Origin: Ascidiella aspersa
Taxonomy: Eukaryota
Length of the DNA stretch: 64,000 nt
Direction of reading: 5' to 3'
NCBI GenBank assembly: GCA_963924565.1
Contig: OZ004615.1
Span: forward strand, 7,502,001 to 7,566,000
A program made the translations under genes and the position numbers. Of this stretch, positions 56,801 to 64,000 are shown one piece after another (the first letter of the stretch is position 1; each line of letters begins with the position of its first letter). The notes beneath the pieces are model-generated. The model had not been told where the DNA came from and did not search any database. It worked only from the letters and a program-made list of their open reading frames with translations.

Positions 56801-59800
56801 TCTCCGGCCGCCCGGCGCCCAAGGTTACTTGGGAACGCGACGGGGCAGCTGTTGCCACCGACGAGCGCTTCCAGATTAAGACAAATGCCGCTACATCAGC
56901 GTTGGAAGTACACAAGGGCCTGCGCACAGACAGTGGCTTGTACAAGGTGACAGTACAGAACGACGGCGGCCAGCGCGATGCCAAGCTGCTGATTGCTGTT
57001 GTAGACAAGCCAACTCCGCCTCAAGAGCTCACAGTTGCTGAAGTGACGCGCGAGCACGTTCGACTGACCTGGCAACCACCGCTGGACAACGGCGGCTCCG
57101 AGATCATGAATTACGTGATCGAGAAGCGCGACATCTCGCGTATGATGTGGTCTACAGTAAACTCGTCGACAAACAAGACCGAATTCCGCGTCAGCAAACT
57201 CACGGAAGACGCCGAGTACGTGTTCCGAGTACAAGCCGAGAACGCGCAGGGATGTTCGGACGCCGTCGAGACGCAAGGCGTTGTTGTGAAGGACCGCTAC
57301 CGCGTGCCTGACGCACCCGACGCTTTGACTGTGAAGGAAGTGCGCAAGGACTCAGCCAGTCTGGCCTGGAGCAAGCCCTACGACGGTGGAAAGGCCATTT
57401 TCAACTACGTTGTCGAGAAGCGTGAGACCAAGAGTGAGCGATGGGTGCGAGTCACCAAGGAGCTGATAAACGAGCCGCGCTACACCGTCACCGGGTTGTA
57501 CGAGGGTAACGAGTACGAGTTCCGTGTAGCGGCCGAAAACAGCATCGGCGTCGGCAACAAGTGCCTGCCTTCGAAGCAGATCACAGCCGCCAACCCGATC
57601 TCACAGCCCGGCGCCCCGGTAAACCCTCATGTGACCGGCATCTCGAAGAACACCGTCACCGTTGCCTGGCAGCGACCGCGTCACGACGGCAACTCGCCCG
57701 TGATTGGCTACATCGTCGAGACGCAGAAGGCCGGCAGCGAGGCGTGGAAGATCTGGTGCACTCAGGAAACGCAGAAGGACACCGTGTACACCATTCCCGA
57801 CCTCGTCGAGAACTACGAGTACCGCGTGCGCGTCACAGCCGTCAACAAAGCCGGTCTCAGCGAGCCGGCGCTAGTTAAAGGCACTGTTGTGGTCAAGGAG
57901 CGCCAAGAATCGCCGGAGATCGAGCCACAGGCCAGTATGTGCCGCGAGCAGATCATCAAGGCCGGTACGCCGCTCAAACTCGAGGCAATCGTGCGCGGAA
58001 AGCCGTTCCCTTCTATCGCGTGGAGTCGCAACGATCAGGCAATCCCTCAGGACTCTGAACGCCATCAGGCTAATATCAAGAACGGACTCGTCTCATTGGC
58101 CATCGAGAAGTCGGCCCGCACTGACAGCGGCCGCTACTCGCTGGTGGTTGAGAACGGCGCCGGTAAGAAGACAGTCTCGGTAGTGGCCAACGTTTTGGAC
58201 ACGCCAAGCGCGCCGCAGCATGTGCGCGTTAGCGAGATCCGTGCCGACTCTTGCTACCTGAAGTGGCGCGCTCCGAGCGACAACGGCGGCGCCGTGATCG
58301 CCAGCTACAAGGTTGAGCGCTTCAACGTCGAGGCCAACAAGTGGAAGCCAGTGGCGATGGCAGCTAAGAAAACAAGCCTTACTGCAAAGTACCTCACAGA
58401 GGGCAACCATTACAAGTTCCGCGTCGTTGCCGAGAACCAGTTCGGCGCCGGGCCACACGCCGACTCCGACGAGATCCTGGCCCGCGACCCTATCCACACG
58501 CCCGGGCCGCCTAAGAACCTGGACGTGACCGACGTGGACAAGAACTCGCTGACGCTGAGTTGGCAGAAGCCGGAACGTGACGGCGGCGCTGCCGTGTCAG
58601 GCTACATCGTTGATTACCTCGAACTCGGCCCGGAAAAGGAGCTCGATGAGCGACAGAAGGCTGGGCTCGAGATCGACGTTTCCGATAAGAAGTGGGTTGA
58701 GTTTGGAACCGTGGATAAGACGACGTGCGTGGTTACCGACCTTAAGGAGGAGTTCCTGTACAAGCTACAGGTGCGCGCCGTTAACGAAGCCGGTGAGAGC
58801 CGACCCGACCAGACCATGCCGATCGCGCCGCGCCAGAAGCTGGTGTCGCCGACTATCGAGATTGACGTAAAGACCCTTGAGGGGTTGACAGTCCGCGCCG
58901 GCAGCACGCTACGAATCCCAGCCAAGATCCGCGGTGTACCTGTGCCAGTTGCACAGTGGAGCACTGCCGATGGAAAGCCGATTATTTCAGACGAGCGCGT
59001 GGTCGTAACTGGTGATGCCCAGTCTACTCTTCTTACCATTAAGAGCGCCCAGCGCAGCGACACGCAGGAATACGGCCTGACCGTGAAGAACGACGCCGGC
59101 GCCAAGTCGGCTGGAGTTTACGTCACAGTGCTGGATCGACCCGGAATGCCGATCGGGCCTCTGAGCATCCTCGAGATGACCCCGGAGTACGCCATCATCC
59201 AATGGCTGGCGCCGAAAGACGACGGCGGCTCGCCCATTACCAACTACGTTGTTGAGAAGAAGGACACTTCGAAGCAGACATGGGGCGTTGTGAGCTCCAA
59301 AGGCACCAGGACAAAGTGCAAAGTGCCGCGTCTGATCCAGGGCAAAGAGTATCTGTTCCGCGTGCGCGCCGAGAACAAGCACGGCCTCAGCGACGGGCTC
59401 GAGTCCCAACCAGAGGTGGCCAAGCACACGTTCGACGTGCCCGACGCGCCAACCACTCCCCGCGTGAGCGAGATGACCGAGACCAGCTGTACCTTGCACT
59501 GGAAGGCTGGGGCGAGCGACGGCGGCAGCGCTGTGCTAGGCTTCACAGTCGAGCGCCTTGAAAAGGAGTCGGGAAAATGGACCAAGGTGACCCACGATCC
59601 CTTACTTGGCTTCACGATGCGCGTCAAGGGCCTGTTTGAAGGCAAGCAGTACTCGTTCCGCGTTATCGCCGAGAACCACGCCGGGCTCAGCAAGCCCTCC
59701 GACCAGTCGCCCTTCGCGAAGGCCATGCGACCAATGGTGGCTCCAGGGCCGCCGATCAACCCGAAAGTGACAGACCACGACCGTTCGTCTGCCATCCTGA

Positions 59801-62800
59801 ACTGGAGCAAGCCACTAAAGGACGGCGGTTCGCAGATCATCGGCTACTTTGTCGAGTGCATCCGCGTCGATCTAAAGGACGGCGATGCTGGTAACGAGCA
59901 GTGGGCTCGTATTAACAAGCAGCCAGTGGATAAGTGCGAGTTCCGCGCCCCTGGCCTAAAGGAAAACAGCCAATACCGCTTCCGCGTGTTGGCGCTTAAC
60001 GAGGTTGGCGAGGGCGAGGCACGCGAAGTTCCCGAGCCTTGCATCATCAAGGACATCATTGAGGAACCTCGCATCGACCTGGACGCCTACATGACCGGCA
60101 AAGTGACCTTCCGAGTGGGCCAGACCATCAAGTTGGTCGCCCGAGTACACGGACGCCCAGAACCCGAGATTGAGTGGCTTAAGGATGGGGCACCGATAAC
60201 GGACGACCGCGCCACCGTCAACAGGAGCAAGATTGGCACTGATCTGATTGTCAAGGAATCGCAACGCGCCGACAGCGGCAATTACACGCTTAAGGTAAAG
60301 AACGTGGCCGGCGAGAAATCGGTCAAGATCGCAGTGAACGTTCTTGACAAGCCCGAGCCCTGCCGCAACCTTAAGGTCAGCTACATTACCAAGAAGTCGT
60401 GTGTTGTGACCTGGGATCAACCAGAGGATGACGGCGGCACCGAGCTGCTTAACTACATCCTCGAGGTCAAGGAGCCAACGCTGCCCGGTTTCTCGTCACT
60501 CGGCTGGACGATCGTCAGCGCCGAGGGCACAAAGAAGATGGTGAAGACGCCGATCGTCGAAAACCACGACTACTTCTTCCGCGTGTCGGCCGAGAACAAG
60601 TGCGGCGTCGGGCCGAGCATCGAGCTCGAGGAGCCAGTAACCGCTATGGACCCTGTTCAGAAGTCGCAGGCGCCACGTGACGTCAAAGTGGCTACCACCG
60701 GCGTCGATTACGTGGCTCTAGAGTGGACCAAGCCGGAGTGGGACGGCGGCTGCCCCATCACCGCTTACCAGATTGTGGTGATGAAACGCGGCACCAAAGA
60801 CTGGAAGGAACTGAGCACCGAAAAGCCAGTGTGCAAGTTCACAGTCGGCGAGCTTGAGAACGGCGCCCAGTACCGCTTTGGCGTGATGGCGCGCAACAAG
60901 GCTGGCCTCAGCCAGGTCTGCGTCTCCGGCGAGTATGTCACCGTCTGTGAGGACGTGACCGCGCCTAAAGTGACCGTAACGACGCCGATGACCAAGGGTG
61001 AGGTGCTGGTGCGAGCCACCACTGACCTGGTCATCACCGCTGATGTGTCCGGACGACCGGTGCCCGAAGTCACCTGGAAGCTTGGCGACTTGGATCTCTA
61101 CAAGGTGGCGCGATGCAGCGTGAAAACAAGCGAGGACTCGACCAAGCTTATAATCTCGAACGCGACGCGCGCCGACTGTGGCCAGTACGAGGTGACTGCT
61201 TTTAACAAGGCAGGAAGCGTATCCGCCCAGGCCAAGGTGAACGTGCTCGACAAGCCGGGCCAGTGCAAGGGACCAATGCAGATCCTTTCGCTCAACAAGG
61301 ACCGCTGCACGGTTGCCTGGGAGCCGCCAACTGACAACGGCGGCTGCGACATCTCCAACTACTTGCTGGAAAAGTGCGAGACCAGCCGCATGGTTTGGTC
61401 AGTGGTAACAGCTTCTGTAACCGCGTGCACTTACCCGGTGCCGCGCCTTCTCGAAGGCAACGAGTACATCTTCCGCGTGAAGGCCGAGAACAAGTTCGGC
61501 GTCGGTCCCAGCTTGGAATCATCGCCGGTTGTCGCCAAGAGCCCGTACGACAAGCCAGGACCACCCTTGGAGCCGACAGTCACCAAGATCGGCAAGGACC
61601 ACGCCATGGTAACGTGGAAGGTGCCGGAGAAGGACGGCGGTCGCGAGATCGTCGGCTATTACGTCGAGAAGCGTGAAAAGAAGGGCGTGCGCTGGTCGCC
61701 GTGCAACACAAAGTGCACCGCCGACAAGCGTCTCAACGTCACTGGACTGTCGAACGGCTACGATTATCAGTTCCGCGTCCTGGCCGAGAACGAGATCGGC
61801 ATCGGCGTGGCAAGTGAGCCTAGCAAGATGGTGACCATTGCAGAGCCTGTTGAGGTGCCCGGGCCGCCTTCAAACCCCAAGGTGATCGACACCACTAAAA
61901 ATAGCGTTACGCTGCAGTGGGGAGCGCCGGCTTATGACGGCGGATCAAGGATCCTTGGCTACGTTGTCGAGTCCAGCGTTGAGGGACTTGACGACTGGCG
62001 AAAGTGCAATGTTGGCGTCAGCACACCACGTACAACGGAGTACACTGTGACCGGGCTGCGCTCCGAGCAGACCTATGTCTTCCGCGTAGCCGCGCTTAAC
62101 GGCGTCGGCCAGGGCAAGCACGAGATGGTCAACGGTAGCGTACAGCCTAAGGAGATCCTCGAAGAGCCGGACATCGTTTTGGATGCCGATATGCGCAAGA
62201 ACATCGAGATCAAGGCAGGCGCCACTCTGCGTCTTGTCGCAGATATCACAGGACGACCGAAACCTTCCGTAAAGTGGACAAAACAAGGAGCTACATTGTC
62301 GCGACGCGCCGATATCGACGTGACCGATTTGCGTACCACTGTTGTGGTGCCCGATTCAACGCGAGAGGACACCGGCCGATACAACCTGACCGTGTCCAAC
62401 CCGAAGGGATCCAAATCGGTCAACGTCAACGTCAAGGTGCTGGACACGCCCGGACCGGTCAGCAACATCGTGGTCAAGGACGTGACCGTCGCGTCGGCTC
62501 AGATCTCCTGGACACCACCGGAGCTTGACGGAGGCTCGGAAATTGTCAACTACCTAGTCGAGAAGAAAGAGGCGGACAAGAAGACCTGGTCAATTGCGAC
62601 CACCGAGTGCGCAAAGACCGCCTTCCGCGTGACCAAGCTCATCGAGGGCAAGGACTACTATTTCCGCATCAAGGCTGAGAACAAGCTGGGCGTTGGAATT
62701 CCAGCCGAAACCTCGAAACCTGTGCGAGCCAGGCACCCGATCACCGAACCTGGACCGGTCAACAAGCTGAAGATCGCCGACGTCACCAAGTCATCGGTCT

Positions 62801-64000
62801 CCATGACGTGGATCAAGCCGGATCACACCGGTGGCAGCCGCATCATCGGCTACGTCATCGAGTACCAGGGCGAGGGATCCAGCAACTGGGCCGAGTACCG
62901 CACTGTCAGCGACACAACGGTCACAGTGCTTAACCTGTCCAACAAAAAGTACCAGTTCCGCGTCAAGGCGCGAAACGAAGAGCTCGAGGGCCCAGCTCGC
63001 GAAACCGACATTGTCGACGTTAAAGAGCCCGCCGAGGCGCCCAAGATCACACTTCCCAAGGAGGTGAAGGCGCGCGCCGGCTCGAAGCTCTTTGTCGAGG
63101 CCAGCGTCACCGGCAAGCCACACCCGATCGCTTACTGGGTGCGCAAGGAGAACGAGTTGCAAGAAAGCGAGCGCGTTCTCATCCAGAAAACTCCGACCGG
63201 CGTAACGCTTACACTTACTAAACCCGAGAGAGCCGATAGCGGGGACTACATGCTTCGAGCCGAGAACCACCACGGCAAGAAGCAAGCCACGGTCAAGCTG
63301 GAGATCCTAGACAGGCCGACGATCCCTCGGGGTCCGGTCGAGTTTAAGGATGTCAACGTCGACACTGTGACTCTCGTTTGGGAGGCTCCGGAAGACGACG
63401 GCGGCTGCGCGATCACAAACTACATCGTGGAGCAGTCCGAGGCCGGTCACCCCGGTTTTAAGACGGTCAGCAGCACTGTTACCAGAACCACGCTACGCGT
63501 TGGCAAGCTGACCAAAGACGCCGAATACATCTTCCGCATCAAGGCAGAGAACAAGTGCGGTGTCAGCGATGTGCTGTCATCAACCTTAATCAAGACACGC
63601 TATCCATTCGACGTCCCTGGGGTGCCGCGAAACCTGCGAGTGGTTAAGATCGGCCGAGAGTCGGCGACGCTCGCATGGGAGGTGCCAGAGTCGGACGGCG
63701 GAAATCCGGTGCGCGGCTACAACGTTGAGAAGAAGGAGGTGAACAGCCTGCTCTGGACGCAGATGAACAAGCACCTGGTCAAGCGCCGCGAGATCGTCGA
63801 CAGCAGCTTGCTGGAAGGCATCGAGTACCAGTTCCGAGTACAGGCTTCCAACACAGCCGGTACGTCACCGTTCAGCGCCCCAACCCAGCCCCTTGTGGCC
63901 AGGGAGCCGTGTGACGCCCCAGGCAAGCCTGAGGTCGTCGACGTTACCAACACGACTGTTGAGCTCGGCTGGGCGGCGCCTAGGAGCGACGGAGGAACCA
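1..64000 (+). CDS. TTN: Titin/connectin (TTN-like) gene, partial: I-band through D-zone and start of C-zone; ~93 exons, open at both ends
   Basis: Frame-consistent exon chain encoding I-set Ig and Fn3 domains in titin order; N2A signature VDPKEYEKYARHYGITDYR; run of six Fn3; six Ig-Fn-Fn-Ig-Fn-Fn-Fn super-repeats. Confidence 0.95.
2040..5480 (+). repeat. Coding tandem repeat, ~615-621 bp (~207 aa) unit, about 5.5 copies, with degenerate copies upstream
   Basis: Trp codons of the WNPK motif at 2095, 2716, 3337, 3952, 4573, 5191; recurring blocks PEIAIDVEISS, DKTSAIGSLTDVM, EDTVLPKDR, EPTPPEDISV. Confidence 0.95.
9193..9579 (+). CDS. Titin exon, single Ig
   Basis: ACAG acceptor; APEIVKPLQNQTV..LACEINGHPAPRVTW..AGVFECRASNELG; weak donor GTGGCG at 9580; phase 1-1. 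Confidence 0.8.
9790..9840 (+). CDS. 51-nt linker exon (GLFESPLQPEETEQVEE)
   Basis: TTCAG acceptor, AG|GTAAGA donor, phase 1-1, no stop. Confidence 0.7.
10124..10153 (+). CDS. 30-nt microexon (VRSRARAILQ)
   Basis: Long pyrimidine tract then CAG; donor GTAAGT at 10154; phase 1-1. Confidence 0.6.
10324..11032 (+). CDS. Exons 10324-10489 and 10867-11032: linker and first half of a novex-3-like Ig
   Basis: GFSMQQYDS..PILS|RTKPITELDDDLIRPSFIQKPKLQSVL..FDCRFVASPRPKVIWLH; donors GTGAGT and GTAAGG; phases 1-2 and 2-0. Confidence 0.8.
11419..12493 (+). CDS. Exon: second half of Ig, Ser/Arg-rich unique linker, second Ig
   Basis: DAGIYKVVVRNREGEASAS; MPPVVVEPLP..LSCVVSGRPRPKVLW..HSGTYTVSAFNLYG; TGCAG acceptor, GTAGAA donor. 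Confidence 0.85.
13006..13090 (+). CDS. Candidate alternative first coding exon (MDCICTRTFPILTCLHAACRFCNASRRP)
   Basis: agcATGG start context; 28 codons + 1 nt ending at CAG|GTACGT, phase 1 and in frame with the 13570 exon; I found no phase-1 acceptor that would make it a cassette. Confidence 0.35.
13570..14611 (+). CDS. Exon: acidic unique region plus first part of an Ig
   Basis: TTTCAG acceptor; EPLRFVKELSPVTVMEGNTVELECRTSG..VTWYKN; donor GTGAGA (phase 2). Confidence 0.85.
14987..17351 (+). CDS. Alternative terminal (novex-3-like) exon: end of Ig, long acidic region, final Ig, stop
   Basis: TTCCAG acceptor completes Ig (DEGVFSCQAEN); last Ig ends ..DEGVYICKAWNAAGVATRIIRLDVK then TAA 17349-17351. 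Confidence 0.85.
17347..17352 (+). terminator. Candidate polyadenylation signal AATAAA overlapping the internal stop codon
   Basis: GTGAAATAAAA; T/GT-rich sequence follows at ~17393-17435. Confidence 0.5.
17600..19309 (+). CDS. N2B-like exon: two Ig domains with unique sequences
   Basis: CCCAG acceptor; 1710 nt, phase 1-1; KPIFLRPLCDVTV..ATLSAEVRGIPNPLITWFHNG; QPPKFAKAI..HSGVYACFASNEHG; donor GTTTGA at 19310 (or GTGAAG at 19304). Confidence 0.8.
19995..22730 (+). CDS. Two middle Ig domains; exons 19995-20062, 20299-20447, 20600-20676, 21390-21508, 22565-22730
   Basis: PPAFTRKL..AKLSCTLTGSSPVQVQW..DAGEYTVTATNVAG; VAPSFVQKP..GQPEPDVYWFHN|GQPL..DNGEYECVAENEAG; phases join. Confidence 0.85.
22270..22560 (+). 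promoter_or_regulatory. Putative internal muscle-type promoter
   Basis: GC-rich patch in an AT-rich intron; TATATAAG 22524-22531; Inr-like TCATTC with A at 22555 (TATA at -31); E-boxes 22410 and 22481; CRE half-sites 22404, 22435, 22454; T-box-like sites 22448 and 22507. Confidence 0.55.
23201..25173 (+). CDS. N2A element (I80-UN2A-I81-like); exons 23201-23329, 23498-23678, 23906-24007, 24134-24296, 24463-24644, 25004-25173
   Basis: PPTFVTEP..FTAVVAGSPQPKVQWNKGKWRQI; ISELLKEVDPKEYEKYARHYGITDYRQLL; SISEPVKVLRDL..ELQINVPGIEVNWYRG. Confidence 0.92.
25398..25829 (+). CDS. PEVK-like / A,T,K-rich cassette exon (144 aa)
   Basis: 432 nt, phase 1-1; TTTTAAG acceptor, GTGAGT donor at 25830; low complexity. 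Confidence 0.7.
26045..28095 (+). CDS. Four Ig domains (first is I83-like); exons 26045-26341, 26552-26821, 27157-27444, 27729-27859, 27963-28095
   Basis: KFTKPLESQRVQEGQDATFDCEV..MRPDDE; FVKPLP..LECEL; KFTQPL..LQCSVS; ILKDL..FECVIS; first three exons are symmetric phase 1-1. Confidence 0.88.
28257..33273 (+). CDS. Short PEVK-end linker and distal tandem Ig 1-10; exons 28257-28402, 28519-28735, 28839-28859, 29058-29190, 29265-29392, 29469-29603, 29727-29953, 30239-30361, 30443-30606, 30809-30966, 31118-31359, 31591-31714, 31796-31963, 32045-32142, 32311-32479, 32593-32740, 32818-33013, 33084-33273
   Basis: Repeated F-x-K-P-L..FECEV/LS..V-x-W..D-x-x-x-Y-x-C pattern; every junction is GT..AG with matching phase. 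Confidence 0.88.
29973..30152. repeat. Intronic minisatellite, 31-bp unit, ~6 copies
   Basis: aactgcaagtacattttaagcaatattcaat-like units start at 30001, 30032, 30063, 30094, 30125, with a shorter unit at 29973. Confidence 0.9.
31048..31113. repeat. Short intronic tandem repeat (~18 bp, 3-4 copies) running into the acceptor
   Basis: ataaactcgtatttact-like units. Confidence 0.7.
33609..40053 (+). CDS. Distal tandem Ig 11-23 (last is I105-like); exons 33609-33881, 33993-34106, 34176-34328, 34498-34642, 34716-34840, 34954-35153, 35273-35430, 35620-35801, 35975-36238, 36353-36717, 36869-37043, 37177-37565, 37804-37935, 38103-38357, 39092-39316, 39514-39738, 39885-40053
   Basis: Consecutive I-set Ig motifs; last has YKGMPIPTITWLK..DAGRYKVTAKNKYG; phases join. 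Confidence 0.88.
38696..38790 (+). mobile_element. Possible tRNA-derived SINE remnant in an intron
   Basis: Pol III B-box GGTTCGAATCCC at 38767-38778; no full cloverleaf seen. Confidence 0.3.
40140..47891 (+). CDS. I/A junction Fn3x3-Ig-Fn3x2-Ig-Fn3x6; exons 40140-40324, 40444-40558, 40698-40839, 41039-41205, 41458-41769, 41993-42292, 42713-42864, 43353-43605, 43764-43967, 44100-44299, 44412-44526, 44643-44845, 45026-45330, 45402-45516, 45653-45858, 46214-46451, 46787-47110, 47219-47333, 47514-47701, 47777-47891
   Basis: Titin-type Fn3 motif L-x-W-x-x-P-x-x-DGG-x-x-I-x-x-Y..Y-x-FRV-x-A-x-N; six consecutive Fn3 at ~44500-47891. Confidence 0.92.
42852..43056 (+). repeat. Direct duplication of a 29-nt exon-end/donor sequence
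   Basis: ggcctggacaaag|gttagggtcgttttcg at 42852-42880 and 43028-43056. Confidence 0.9.
47973..48548 (+). CDS. Start of A-band D-zone; exons 47973-48115, 48225-48354, 48428-48548
   Basis: LRVRVPITGSPKPTLEW..DSGRYTLTLSN then Fn3. Confidence 0.9.
48733..52508 (+). CDS. 3.8-kb A-band exon, D-zone super-repeats 1-2
   Basis: Core of ORF 48668..52567; TTTCCAG acceptor, GTAAGT donor at 52509. Confidence 0.95.
52595..54768 (+). CDS. D-zone super-repeat 3 (part); exons 52595-52701, 52936-53675, 53842-53993, 54073-54214, 54301-54437, 54540-54768
   Basis: Ig-Fn-Fn(with insertion)-Ig-Fn; phases join. Confidence 0.9.
55161..64000 (+). CDS. >=8.8-kb A-band exon (3' truncated): rest of D3, D4-D6 and first C-zone domains
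   Basis: CCTAG acceptor; frame from 55162 (AVNKFG..) runs to the window end (..ELGWAAPRSDGGT); missing from the ORF track because no stop falls inside the window. Confidence 0.95.

Noticed and set aside
1-64000. Twitchin/projectin, obscurin or MyBP-C identity
   Set aside because: N2A element, six-Fn3 run and 7-domain D-zone repeats are characteristic of chordate titin

Overview
Eukaryotic genomic DNA. The whole 64 kb lies inside one + strand, intron-containing titin/connectin (TTN-like) gene that is open at both ends. I traced about 93 exons by hand (GT..AG boundaries, continuous frame). Order 5'->3': a >=8.9 kb T/E/K/V/S/P-rich exon with ~620-bp tandem repeats and 15 WNPKTRQF-type motifs; Ig exons and microexons; a novex-3-like branch ending in a stop overlapped by AATAAA (17347-17352); an N2B-like exon; only two middle Ig domains; a conserved N2A element (I80-UN2A-I81-like); a very short PEVK; ~23 distal tandem Ig domains; the I/A junction (Ig-Fn3x3-Ig-Fn3x2-Ig-Fn3x6); six 7-domain D-zone super-repeats; and the start of the C-zone. 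Chordate-type architecture with short AT-rich introns suggests an invertebrate chordate, probably a tunicate (inference). The most interesting signals are a TATA/Inr internal promoter with E-box, CRE and T-box motifs just upstream of N2A, a possible nested mini-titin unit, and the hairpin-like motif array in the giant exon. Comparisons with human titin segments are from memory and need alignment. Splice sites are predictions without RNA evidence.
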